Virus record (IMG/VR): IMGVR_UViG_3300030329_003387
Strand: one strand, 5' to 3'
Length of the DNA: 64,000 nucleotides
DNA from: a virus
Shown: in pieces, positions 1 to 11,300 of the stretch
Position numbering within the stretch: position 1 is the stretch's first letter
Layout of the letters: every line of letters begins with the position of its first letter
Notes under the pieces: generated by a model
Databases searched by the model: none
What the model saw: only the letters and a program-made list of their open reading frames with translations
Told to the model about the DNA's origin: nothing
Translations under genes and position numbers: made by a program

Positions 1-513
1 GTATCGCTTTACGGGGTAAATAAGAAGGTTGCAGAAGAGATGGTGGGAACACAAGAAAACACTGTTTCTTTTAGGTTCGCTACTGGGTTTGGTGTCAGCC
101 CATGTATGCGGGTGAATTTGCTCGTAAACGATTTTGTGTATCAGGCTATGACGAATAAGATACTGACTATTTTTCAAGCAGATTTTCGCAGAACTTTTAT
201 TCATGTAAGAGACATGGCAAAAGCTTTCACTATGGGTGTGGAAAACATGGGTAACTGGAAACACAAAGTTTACAACTGCGGAGCTAACCATTTGAATTGG
301 ACAAAAAGGGAACTCGCAGAATATGTAAAAGAACAGACAGGATGTTTTGTTCATTATGAAGAAATTGGCAAAGATGCTGACCAAAGAGACTACGAAGTGA
401 GTTATGATAAACTAGAAGCCGAAGGGTTTAAGTGCGACGTAGACATGAAGACTGGCATCAATGAATTAATTAAAGTAGCACCTATTTTACAAATTAGGCA
501 TCAATACTCATGA
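1..513 (+). CDS. NAD-dependent epimerase/dehydratase (extended SDR), 5'-truncated by window edge
   Basis: Frame is open from base 1 (VSLYGVNKKVAEEM), giving the catalytic YxxxK. Also RFATGFG, RTFIHVRDMA and DQRDYEVS motifs. Confidence 0.85.
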   Translation, partial: VSLYGVNKKVAEEMVGTQENTVSFRFATGFGVSPCMRVNLLVNDFVYQAMTNKILTIFQADFRRTFIHVRDMAKAFTMGVENMGNWKHKVYNCGANHLNWTKRELAEYVKEQTGCFVHYEEIGKDADQRDYEVSYDKLEAEGFKCDVDMKTGINELIKVAPILQIRHQYS

Positions 514-1466
514 TAGATTTAAAAGATTCAAAAGTATTAGTAACTGGTGGCACTGGTTTTTTTGGAAGGGGTATATGCAAAGCCTTAGAGACTAGAGGTG
601 TAGAAGAAATTATAGAGGTCAATTCTGACGTTGTAAATCTAATGGACATTGAAGCTACCATAATGTTTTTGGATTCAACCAGACCAGACTATTGCATACA
701 CGCAGCTGGATATAACGGCGGGATTGAATTCAACAGAATGTATCCTGCTGACATTCTTTACGCAAATACAGTCATGGGATTAAATTTACATCATGCGTGC
801 GAATATATGAAAGTTAAAAAGGTTCTCTCTATTATGACTTCTTGCGCCTACCCAGACACAGGCATGGAGTTGTTAAAAGAAGAAACTTTTTGGAATGGAC
901 TTCCTAACAAAACAATCAGAGCGCATGGTATTGCAAAGAGAACACTACAAGCAGCAGCCGAAGCGTATGAAGATCAATACGATTTAAAATCAGTGACAGC
1001 TTGTGTAACAAATTTATACGGCCCGCACGACACATTTAACTTAGTTAGGACTAAGGTGGTTGGTGCTTTGATAAGAAAATTTGTTGAAGCCGTAATAGAG
1101 GAGGAAGATGAGGTTGAATGTTGGGGTACTGGCGCTCCTATGAGAGAGTTTATGTATGTAGACGACGCCGGTGAAGCAGTTGTGCAAGCTTTAGAAAAGT
1201 ACGACGACAGCTCAACACCTCTCAATATTGGAACAGGAAATGACATCAGCATAAAAGAACTTGTTGACTATATAGTGTCTGCCGTGGAGTATGAGGGCGA
1301 TGTTTTTTGGAATACAGAAAAGCCTGACGGACAAATGAAAAAGCTATTAGATACTTCAAGAATGAAAGAAATAATCAACTTGGAACCAATATCCGTTAAA
1401 GACGGTATAGAAAAAACCATAGAGTGGTATATATCAAACAAAGAAAAAGCAGATGCAAAAAATTAA
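510..1466 (+). CDS. fcl: GDP-L-fucose synthase-like epimerase/reductase
   Basis: VLVTGGTGFFG Rossmann motif; HAAGYNGGI, SCAYP, NLYGPHD, WGTGAPMREFMYVDD, KPDGQMKK. The YxxxK position reads HGIAK. Confidence 0.8.
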   Translation: MIDLKDSKVLVTGGTGFFGRGICKALETRGVEEIIEVNSDVVNLMDIEATIMFLDSTRPDYCIHAAGYNGGIEFNRMYPADILYANTVMGLNLHHACEYMKVKKVLSIMTSCAYPDTGMELLKEETFWNGLPNKTIRAHGIAKRTLQAAAEAYEDQYDLKSVTACVTNLYGPHDTFNLVRTKVVGALIRKFVEAVIEEEDEVECWGTGAPMREFMYVDDAGEAVVQALEKYDDSSTPLNIGTGNDISIKELVDYIVSAVEYEGDVFWNTEKPDGQMKKLLDTSRMKEIINLEPISVKDGIEKTIEWYISNKEKADAKN

Positions 1467-1929
1467 TAAAGTTGGTGTAGTTATAGATGACTTAAGCGCC
1501 GGTCAACTATCATACCACATCATAAAAAATATAAATAACTATGTAGAAGAAAGCTCTACAGACTTTGTTGCGTTCTTTCAAAACTCAACCTCAAACATGA
1601 TGCCAATGACTTTTTCGTCTATGTGCATAAATGAGATTTGGAATTTTGACGGAGCGGCAATAGCGACCTCAGTTTCAACAGCTCTCGCAATATCAAAAAC
1701 GTTTTCTCCTAGAAGAAAGTATTTTTACGTTTGGGATCTAGAGTGGTGCAGAAGAAACGGTAGGGAGTTTGAATACAACGTCCAAGCTTTTAACAAACAA
1801 GATATAAATCTAATAGCAAGAAGCGAAGATCATGCTAAAGCTATTAAAAACTATTGCAATAGAGACGTTGTCGGCGTTGTAGAAAATTTTAACATCAACA
1901 AACTAATGGAAATAATTAATCATGAGTAA
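1453..1929 (+). CDS. Hypothetical protein, possibly glycosyltransferase N-terminal-like
   Basis: Overlapping-gene arrangement; KYFYVWDLEW and IARS motifs loosely resemble a GT-B N-domain; follows sugar enzymes. Confidence 0.4.
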   Translation: MQKINKVGVVIDDLSAGQLSYHIIKNINNYVEESSTDFVAFFQNSTSNMMPMTFSSMCINEIWNFDGAAIATSVSTALAISKTFSPRRKYFYVWDLEWCRRNGREFEYNVQAFNKQDINLIARSEDHAKAIKNYCNRDVVGVVENFNINKLMEIINHE

Positions 1930-2710
1930 TCAATTTTTAGAGAAGTACAAAGAGTACATCATAGATCAGTATGTAAATCAAAAAAAGAGTACATACGAAA
2001 TAGCTCAGGACATTGGTACTTATCCAAATAAGATCAGAAGAACGCTAAACACTTTGGGTGTTGATCTTAGGGATAGGAGTTCTGCGCAAACAGTGGCTAT
2101 TGAGACCGGAAGACACGAACATCCCACCAGAGGTAAAAAACGAACTGAAGCTGAAAAGATAGCCATCAGTAATGGCATGTCTAACTTTTGGGACAACATG
2201 GAAGAGACCGAAAGAGAGCGTCGATCAAAGATTTCTAAGGAGCAATGGGCTTCAATGTCTGAAGAAGACAAAGCAAATCTCAGAAGGCTTGCCGCTGAAG
2301 CTGTACGCAAGGCCAGTAAAGAGGGATCAAAAATAGAAAAATTTATCTGTGAAGGCTTGACGGGTGCTGGTTATGATGTTATATTTCACAAAAAGGGACT
2401 AATTCCTAACGAAAATATGGAAGTTGACTTATTTGTGCCGGGGATTAAAACCGCTATAGAAATAGACGGCCCTGCTCACTTTCTTCCCATTTGGGGAGAA
2501 GAAAGCCTACAGAAGCATATACGTGCAGACGCTCAAAAGGCCGGTATGCTTATTAATAGGGGTTACGTTGTTCTCCGTGTCAAAAACTTGATTAAAAACA
2601 TCTCCCAGAAGCGAATGAGAGATATTCTCAATCAAGTTATTGGGGAGCTTTCAAAAATTGAAAACAAATTTCCCCCTCAGTCGAAAAGACTCATTGAAAT
2701 AGAAACATGA
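1922..2710 (+). CDS. HTH + NUMOD-like repeats + Vsr/DUF559 (EDxHD-type) endonuclease
   Basis: N-terminal STYEIAQDIGTYPNKIRRTL HTH; C-terminal SKIE...EVDLFVP...AIEIDGPAHF...D..K...GYVVLRV. Confidence 0.7.
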   Translation: MSNQFLEKYKEYIIDQYVNQKKSTYEIAQDIGTYPNKIRRTLNTLGVDLRDRSSAQTVAIETGRHEHPTRGKKRTEAEKIAISNGMSNFWDNMEETERERRSKISKEQWASMSEEDKANLRRLAAEAVRKASKEGSKIEKFICEGLTGAGYDVIFHKKGLIPNENMEVDLFVPGIKTAIEIDGPAHFLPIWGEESLQKHIRADAQKAGMLINRGYVVLRVKNLIKNISQKRMRDILNQVIGELSKIENKFPPQSKRLIEIET

Positions 2711-3561
2711 TAGATTATAATAAAAAAAACATTGCAGAACTAAAGCAGATACTGGAAGATCACAACTGTGCGATTCCCAGCGGTGCAAAAAAAGCCGATT
2801 TAGTAAAATTAATTGAGGAAATCATGTCAGAGAATACATTGTTCGACGAAGTCTTTGAAGAGGAATCTTCAGAGCAAGAAGTTCAGGAGCAAAATCTAGC
2901 TCCGGTAATCGGGTCTCCAGAGTGGAACGATTACGTCATGAGTCACTTTCAGTCTAACGAGCTTATAGATGGAAATCCTATTTGCGCTGGTCTTAGACGT
3001 GTTGCTGAGGATTTGTTAGGTGACATTGTAGAGTCTGGGCCGGTTGAGGTTTTTCCTGCTACAGATAGCAATGGGCCGGGAAGAGCTACTGTTGTTTATC
3101 AAGTTATATTCAACTGGGGAAATGCGGGTGTATACAAGACCTTTAAGGAGGTCGCTGATGTATGGCATGGAAATACAGACGACCTGTTCTGTGCGCATCC
3201 TGTAGCTACTGCAAGCACAAGAGCTGAAGGTAGAGCCTTGAGAAAGGCGTTGAAGCTTAGATGCCTAGCGGCAGAAGAGCTTGCTAAAAAAGATATTGTG
3301 GAGATAGTTCAACAGGCTGTTTCCACTCCAGATCAAGATGGTAGAGTTAGTCAACAACAAATTCAATTTATAGACACTAAGTGTAGCCAGCTTGATATAA
3401 ATATGTTAGAATTTATAAACATCGGAGAGAACAAATATAGAAGTATCAATGATGTTGATAAAGATTGTGCTAAGTTGATGATTAAACATCTGAACAATTA
3501 TCAAAACGGCAATACGGAAATTCCAGAATCCATTAAAGGCTATAAGAATTGGAGAAGCTAA
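2707..3561 (+). CDS. Putative single-strand annealing protein (Rad52/Sak/RecT-superfamily-like) with N-terminal HeH/SAP-like module
   Basis: ATASTRAEGRALRKAL helix motif; C-terminal SQQQIQFI helical bundle; N-terminal NIAELKQIL...GAKKADLVKLI. Confidence 0.55.
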   Translation: MIDYNKKNIAELKQILEDHNCAIPSGAKKADLVKLIEEIMSENTLFDEVFEEESSEQEVQEQNLAPVIGSPEWNDYVMSHFQSNELIDGNPICAGLRRVAEDLLGDIVESGPVEVFPATDSNGPGRATVVYQVIFNWGNAGVYKTFKEVADVWHGNTDDLFCAHPVATASTRAEGRALRKALKLRCLAAEELAKKDIVEIVQQAVSTPDQDGRVSQQQIQFIDTKCSQLDINMLEFINIGENKYRSINDVDKDCAKLMIKHLNNYQNGNTEIPESIKGYKNWRS

Positions 3562-3897
3562 ATGAAAGTTAATTACACAAACAGCACCGGAAGAATCAGT
3601 GCAGAAATTATTGCAGATACTCAAGTTGAAGTTTTTGAGCAACTAGCTCATTTTCAAGAAATCTTTGATGAATCTGCCTGTGGCAAATGTGGAAGTGAGA
3701 ATATTCGTTTTCAAGTTCGCACAGTAGAAGATAATCTTTACTACGAACTTCGTTGTATGGATTGCGGCGCAAAGCTAGCATTTGGAACAATGAAGAAGGG
3801 TGGAAGACTGTTTCCACGACGTAAAGATAAGGAAGGAAACTGGCTAAACGACCGTGGATGGGTTAAATGGAACCCTGATACACAACAGGAAGAATAG
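3562..3897 (+). CDS. Small zinc-ribbon protein
   Basis: CGKC...CMDC pairs; starts immediately after the preceding stop codon. Confidence 0.6.
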   Translation: MKVNYTNSTGRISAEIIADTQVEVFEQLAHFQEIFDESACGKCGSENIRFQVRTVEDNLYYELRCMDCGAKLAFGTMKKGGRLFPRRKDKEGNWLNDRGWVKWNPDTQQEE

Positions 3898-3911
3898 TCG
3901 GTGGACAAAAG

Positions 3912-3944
3912 AAAAGCCCGTCTCTTATGAGTCGGGCTTTTTTT
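3912..3944. terminator. Bidirectional intrinsic terminator between convergent operons
   Basis: AAAAGCCCG-tctcttatgagt-CGGGCTTTTTTT stem with A- and T-tracts on both sides. Confidence 0.85.
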
Positions 3945-3970
3945 GTGAAGTTAGCGGGTGCAATATGGGT

Positions 3971-4681
3971 TTATAGATATTCTAACTCCACGTATAGTCC
4001 ATATAGGGTTTTACTTCCAACGCTGTCTGGAGATGCGGAAATTCCAACATACCAGTCATGTTGTGTGTATTGCCCTGTGTTAGATGAACCATCTCCAGCA
4101 AAAATACCACTAGGGCCGGGAGATTGTGCTAATGGGACGAAAATGCCACTACCACCTACGGTATTAGTACCAGCAGGAAGTCTGCTGCTTGGATTGGGAG
4201 AACCCTGAAACGAGCCTTGAGCATCTGTTCCAGTATGGGTTGAGCCTCCCCACCAAAGTGCATCTCCAGAACCTTCTATACTATAGGAAGAAGATGGATG
4301 TAGAAGTTCGCACGCCCTAGTAATTACACCACTAGCTGGGTGATCTTTATTTGTTCTATCGAATATTCTTAATTTACAGTTTTGCGTTCTAACAGCCGTG
4401 CTATTTGTAAATCTAATATTAGCTGTTGCTTTTTCATTTGGTATGTATCTTAAACCTGTGGCTGGAACTATGCCAGCAGCAAAACCTAGACTGTCTGTTG
4501 AGTATTTTACATTGTTTGCAGCACCACCCTGTACAGTACCATTTCCGTCTGTAATAAAGGTTGTGTCTTGAAATTTGTTGATTTCTACCGATGCACCAAA
4601 AGAACCACCAAAAAACCCTAACCCAGATCCTGACAGGTGATTTACAACTGTGTTACCAGCATAAAAACTTATTGAAGCCAT
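3971..4681 (-). CDS. Putative virion structural protein (G/S/T-rich) with its own late promoter
   Basis: Strong RBS (AGGAGAGAG); TGGTGTATAATA motif upstream; beta-rich composition. Confidence 0.55.
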   Translation of the reverse strand: MASISFYAGNTVVNHLSGSGLGFFGGSFGASVEINKFQDTTFITDGNGTVQGGAANNVKYSTDSLGFAAGIVPATGLRYIPNEKATANIRFTNSTAVRTQNCKLRIFDRTNKDHPASGVITRACELLHPSSSYSIEGSGDALWWGGSTHTGTDAQGSFQGSPNPSSRLPAGTNTVGGSGIFVPLAQSPGPSGIFAGDGSSNTGQYTQHDWYVGISASPDSVGSKTLYGLYVELEYL

Positions 4682-4714
4682 ATTTCTCTCTCCTATGGAG
4701 GTTATCTACTATAA

Positions 4715-4726
4715 TATTATACACCA
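4715..4726 (-). promoter_or_regulatory. Putative late promoter TGGTGTATAATA
   Basis: Identical 12-mer also at 42101 and 58930, always intergenic and upstream of minus-strand structural genes. Confidence 0.75.
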
Positions 4727-5302
4727 TTATTCAAAAAAGCCTTTTGTTTTCTTTTTCTTCCCATATGGGAACAATTTGTTTAATTTACTTTGCCTTTCCT
4801 TGCATCCACAGTCTTTATCCATAGCGTTAAATACTGTATCTACTGCGGCTTTTATTCCAGTAGCTTTAGTTATTTTCGCAACCGTGTCACCCAAACCTCT
4901 AGATTTTTTAGGTATATTGGGGTCTGACATAAAATAGTCTCTTTCGAGTATTTCTTTATCTTTTTCCTCTTTCTCTTTTTCTATTTTTGTGCCTTCCTTC
5001 ATGACATTTTCATACATGCTTTGCATTGGGCCTCTACCCTGCTCCCAAAGATCAAAATAATCTTTTCTCTTCTTGCATAGCTGTACAAGGTCTGGAGTTT
5101 TCCAGCACTTATGCCTATCACAAAATACGCCACTAGAATCTTCTTCTGAACTGCACGCACATGGAGTTAGGCCACCATTTATAACAACTTCTTCTACATG
5201 TGGCAGTTCTCCGTCGTCTCCAAAGAAACCTTTACTCCTGTGAGTAGGAGGTTTACTTCCATGAGAATTTAACCATTTTTTATTACATCCATTACAAGCC
5301 AT
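4727..5302 (-). CDS. Cys-rich small protein with GLGD...DCGC..R..KLN.LFPY motif
   Basis: MACNGC N-terminus; central CxC...C..H.C...C domain; C-terminal SRGLGDTVAKITKATGIK...DCGCKERQSKLNKLFPY. Confidence 0.7.
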   Translation of the reverse strand: MACNGCNKKWLNSHGSKPPTHRSKGFFGDDGELPHVEEVVINGGLTPCACSSEEDSSGVFCDRHKCWKTPDLVQLCKKRKDYFDLWEQGRGPMQSMYENVMKEGTKIEKEKEEKDKEILERDYFMSDPNIPKKSRGLGDTVAKITKATGIKAAVDTVFNAMDKDCGCKERQSKLNKLFPYGKKKKTKGFFE

Positions 5303-5326
5303 TTTATATTTCCTTAATTACCAGTA

Positions 5327-8300
5327 TCATTCTGGGTATTTTGTTCCAAGTTTAGGATCTGCCGCATTACTAGCACTACCTTCATGCACGTCTACCCTTA
5401 ACAAAGCTTGTGCTGGGAAACCGAACGGTCTATTAACATCCATTATGGCCTCTGTGTAAGGTCCATAACCCCTGTTACACGTTTCTTGATTTATATTTCC
5501 ACAGTCTTCGTCAATAATAGGTAAGTAATGATTACAAACCTCATCATTAAAAGTAAATAACCAATGAAGCATTGTAGGCGTGCTAGATTCACCCTGTTTG
5601 CAATCGTCAAGCGGAACTTCTTGTCCTACCTTTATTCTAAACGAACCACCACTTCTACTCCACTGACATCCAAAATATGGGCCAAAGTTACCATCAGAGT
5701 CTGGCGTTGGAGCTATGTATTGCATTCCTCTGTATAAGTCTTTTGGCGACCCTAAAGTGACGTGATGTCCAAGATATGTTAGTGGAACAGGTTCGTTGGT
5801 TGCAACTAATGATTGATTAACTAAATCTTCTGTTGTTAATATTTCATCTGGCATCACAACCACAAGATCTCTATCAAAATCTTTATCTGATGAACATGTT
5901 GTTACCGCATTACCGTTAGCACCAAAAATTCTTATTTGCTCTTCGCGCACTGACGTTGGTATAGGTCTCCAAGGATTATTTGGGTAGTCAGGATGGCTCT
6001 TACTTTTCTCATTACAAACTTGATATTTTAATGTTTCGTCCCATTCTCTTTCATTGACAGCTGGAGACTTGTGTATTGGAGTTGCTTCGTAATGAATCTT
6101 AATCTCTGTTGGGCTAATAACGCTCACTACATGACCACCCTCGTAAGATGCTTGTGGGCATACACATTGTTCCTCTACAAACTTTCTTTCTTTGGGTGAA
6201 CGGCCGAACGGTGAACTCCCAGCCTTATCACTAACACATAAGTCCTTTCCAAGATTCACTCTAACCCAATCATTTTTTGGATAATCAGCATGGCCTTTGT
6301 CTTTCTCGTAACATGTTTCTGGCTCATCAATACAGTGTACGCAATTTTGACAATCGCAAGTTTCCATAGTGCTTATGAGTTCATCTAACTTACACAAAGG
6401 AGGACAACCCATTTTTAGTCTTTCTGGATCTACAGCGTCAAAGTACCATTCACCACCAAGAACGTCCTCACACATAACTTGATCAACCATTTCCATATCC
6501 ATTCCAGTAGGAAGTGGAGATTCAAACATGCCCAGAGTTGAAGATCCCGGCATTCCTGACGAAGGGTGAAGATAAGGAACGTTTAAACAAGTAGCCTCTG
6601 TATTTTTACCGCCGCTTATTATTATTCTTTCTCCGTCTCGTAAATCATGCTCGGAGTATGTAGTCAGCTTAGTATATAAAAACTTAGGATACCACCAAGC
6701 AGTTTTAACCCAATAATGATCTTTGTCTCCTTCGCAACTGCTAAGGTCGTTGAGAGGACTAGATGCGTCTACTTTTACGTCTGGATCGGTTGGATCTTTC
6801 TTGTTCTTATAACACTGCCCTTGCTCTTCGCAATCTGCTTTATTGTTAAATTCTGGATTAGTGCAAAAAGACTTATTGTAGTCATATACGTTTTCTACAC
6901 TTTTAAAGCTAAGCGACAAGTTCAAGTCATTATGATATATAGGCTTAGGCTTAGTTGTGTCGGGATTACCATCGGCATCTAGTTCGTAATTTGTTTCTAT
7001 CAACGGAATGTCACTAAGGAATACGGCCCTTTTAGGATCTAGTATGTTAGAAAGGGTTGGTGTAAAACCTCTTCGACTTTCCCTAACAAAATTCGGTCCA
7101 AGATGCTCTAAGTGAAGATCGTTAGCTGGACCTCCTTTAGGAATTCTTTGATCGCTTTGTACTCCGACCGGCCACAGTTTATCGCCATAAGGCCACGGAT
7201 CGCTATTTGCAGTGCCATCTGAGTTTATTGGTTGTTCATAACCACCTGCCATTCTGTACAAGTGATCGTTAAGTACATGCGCTCTGCTTTTTAGAACATG
7301 AGGATCTCTGACAAATATTTCCATATAATCTGATTGATCTTCAGGAGATGTTCCATTTTGTAGGTATGTATCACTAAACTTATCTGTATCAACGCCCCAT
7401 CTACCAAAACCATTCGGGATTGATTTTGCTAATTTTGAACTACCCCTTCTAAACATTTGGTAGTCCATTGCAGGATTTTTACTAAGCTTGTCTCTAGTAG
7501 ATCCACCGTAAGTTCCTGTTTCTGCTTCATTTCTATCAGCCATTCCTGTATTTACTACAGTACCTTCTGTCCATCCACAATTATATCTGCTATTTTTTCT
7601 AACTACTAATCTTGCTATATTTCCTTTACCAGTACCTATAGTATTATAGGAATCCACCCAATCCATATGGAAAACTTCAAAGTTTTCAGGCTGTTTTCCT
7701 CCATGATAATTTATCCACTTTCCTTCTGGTATTTGAGAGCCTTGAATTCCATAAGGTCCTCCATGAAGAGTTGAAATATCACTAGCTGTAGCGCATGTTA
7801 CATAGTTGGCTGGATCTTCATAGTGAGACGCGTCAGCAATATTTTTATTAAACTCACAACATTCTGTACATGGTAGTTGTGCATCACAATGCATTGGAGA
7901 ACCAACAACAAAAGGAGTACTCATACAGTCATGAAAATAAGGCACAGGATTCACAGGTTCGTACCAAGTCCTACCTGTTGGCCCTTTAAAGAATGTACCT
8001 AGATTACCCGTTTCACCCTTGAAACTACTTCCAACCCACTCTTGATTGTTTATGTCTGCCTTCTCCGGATTAACACCCGCAGATCCACGTCCACTAAACA
8101 CACCACATTCACTCGCCTCATCAGCTACGACCCATAGGCCAGTACAATCAGGCGTTGCTCCTCCAACAGATGGTTCAGCACACAGCGGATCTAAAATTGC
8201 TGCCTGACATGAATCGAAGGTGTGACCCAACTCGTAACAATATTCAACATGTGTTGACTGAGGATGTTCTATTAAGGTCGGAACTTCTTCACATACGCCA

Positions 8301-11300
8301 TTAGCCTTGTGAGTTTTCGCGTTTGCTCGTTCTCCAGAATGGCACACTTCGCCGCATGGAAAGCTCGCAATGTTTCCGGGATCATTTTCAGGGTCTACCT
8401 CTGCGGGAGGACGAACTGGAAGTTTACAGTAACCATTTACTATCTCTTTACTTCCTTTGTTTGCAGGACCACCCGGCATCCATTCAATATCACATCTTCC
8501 TTTCCAGAAAAATGGATCATACCCATTGACTCCAAGTTTGAATCCTCCTTGACCCCCTTCAGATATTACCCCAGCTCTATCAACTTCCAGAATGCCATCT
8601 CCAATTATAAAACTGTTTGGGCATGGAGGGTTAAAGCTATCCATTGCACTTAATTTATTGCAATCTGGATAATGACAATGAGTGACTTCTAAAAACATTG
8701 CGAGCTGATTGTTTCTATAATTGTCTCCGCCTTTTAGGGTGTCTCTACCAGTGTATTGTTGGAATGCTCCTCCACAACCCATTCTAAGTCTCATTAAATG
8801 AGCGTCTTTAACAGGTGTTGGCACTGGAGGCTCTTTGTATTGTGTCCAACCAAGAGTAGCGCAACCTCCACAATTCATATCCATCGTAAAGCCAGTGCTT
8901 GCCCATCCGGGTTTGTAATTTTTGGCTTTAACCCAAGTTCCTCCGCACTGTTGACAAGATCCGGCATCACCTGACTCACAACCCCATCTCGCATCAGCAC
9001 AATGATGAGTTAAGCATTTGTCTGGTTGAAAATAATGCTCGCACGACATACCACCAACAAAATGATTATAAGAAGGGCCTGAGTTTAACGTCTTTGTTTT
9101 TGGACTATCCCCCATCATGACTTCCCAGTCAGAAATCCAATGAGATCCATTGTATTCCATTTTTACTGTTTTTGTCCCCATTCCATGACAGCCATCTTTG
9201 TAGTCTTTTTTACCACCAACGTTTTTTGGGCCATCTAGAGGAACAAAATCATAACAGTGACTTGTTGGCATAGCATAAGTGTTTCTTTCTCCACAACCTT
9301 TATTGCCAGTTCTTGGGTTTACTACTGCTGCATTATTAGTCCATGTTTCGTTTTGTGCATCCCAGTTTCCTTTAGACTCTATCGGGCATCCTACTGGAAT
9401 CGAGGGCTTTATAGTTTCGCTTTCGCATTTCATCGGTCTTCCGTTTGGAAAACCAAAGCAAGGAATGTCTCCGTTTACATCTCCACATTCACAGCTAGCA
9501 AGGTCTAAATTAAACTGACAAGGAGAAAGATCGCCGGATATACAGTCTTGCTCATCTTTTGATCCACCATTTCCATTGGCGTCTTTTGACGCTTCAAAGC
9601 AGTACTTACCGGAATTATTAAAAGTACCTGTACAAGTTCCGGGAATGGTTGTGTCCGGTATTGGGTCTGTCCAAGTGCAACCAGTCGCAATATTAGTACC
9701 CGTAGCACCACCCTCACACAGAACTTTCATTTGCGCGTCAGTAAGCGCTCTTGATGAACCAAGAGAATTTAACCCTTCACAAGTACTCGCTCCGGGAACT
9801 AATTCACATTTACCAGAAGTGACAGTCTTGCAACTTAAATTACCTATAGTGTTATCACAGCCATTTGGAGCATTGTCCATAACTTGTTTAGATGTGGGAT
9901 ACTGCAAAGCGTTCACATCTTGAACACCGGAGTCAGGTCCCGGATCACAATCACAATCACAGCAAAAATCACCACTTTTATCTGCGTGTTTATATACTTG
10001 GTCTGGCCATCTAGGGTCATCAAACCTAATAGCATTTCCACAATCAAAACATTTCTGATGCCAAGAACCATGACCGCCTAACGGTGCTATATAAGTACCA
10101 CAGTCACAACAATACCTACCGCCTACAGGCAATCCCCAATAGTTTAGAACCGAGTCGTGCATCTTACCCGTACACTTATTTATGCCGCAAGGTACTGTAG
10201 TTTCTAATTTTCCCTTTTGAAGCTCTCTTTCTAATAGGCCATCATCTACACATCTATCTCTCCAGTCCTCACCCGGTTCTAAACCTTGCATACCTTCTTT
10301 TACAGTGGTGCTATCTTTCCAATCACCCACCGTAGTGCCTCCAGCAGATCTTTCCTTGCAAACATCTTTAGCGGGGTTGTGTAGAGTGGTAGCTATTTCT
10401 CCACTAAGCATGTAATCTTCAATTTCTGTACTTCCACCAGCGTCTCTATCTCCAGTGATGGTAGCGAAAAGTGTGTTAGGTAGAAAATGGTCGCAGCAAA
10501 CAGGGCATGTTTCCTCTTGATCTAACCAAACATAGAAGTTTTCAGCTTTGCTTGAATCTTTCGGGAATATATCTGTCCAGCCAGTTCTATATTTTGGAGC
10601 GTTGGGATCTCCTTCAAATGTATAGGGAGTAGCTGCGGTGGCTAATCTCCACGAACCAGTAAACGGACAGGCTGTGTAAACGCTAACTCCGTCGCCAGCG
10701 CCACTTGCTCCTTGATAAGACTTGAATGACTTTACAGTTATCCACTCCAATGGTCTCCAGCAATCATCACCGCAAGGATGATTATCATTAGAGTTTTGTT
10801 TAGGTACATATACTGGATCTTTGCCTTTATCAGTAGGAGCTTCAACTCTTTTGTAATTATTCTTTAAACTATTACATTCATGCTTTGTCATGACAGACCA
10901 TACAGGATCGTATGGAGGATCTACTATTTCACAATTACCATATTCTATGCAATCGGTTTCGCCTGCTTTTTCTCTTAAAATACTGTCCGTGGTATGTAAG
11001 TCTACTGGTGGGTCTAATTTCACTAACTTTGGATTGACAAGATCCTCAGTTACTGTGACTTGCGCCGTGGGAACCTCTACAGGAGAAGCAAATACAGAAG
11101 CACACATTCTTATGCCTTCTTCCTCGCATTGCGGTTCATGCAAGTTTTCTTCTACCTGTCCATCTAATGGTTCTCCGTCACATGTATACAAAGCAAAGTT
11201 ATGTTCATCTACCTTCTTAACAACAAAGAAGTCAGCAGGAGGAGGGTCTTCACCTTTGACTATAACGCCAGAGCAGTACTCATTATTTGGTCCGTATAAA

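Noticed and set aside
1922-2710. Group I intron hosting the endonuclease
   Set aside because: The ORF overlaps both neighbours, leaving no room for intron core structure, and no split host gene is apparent.
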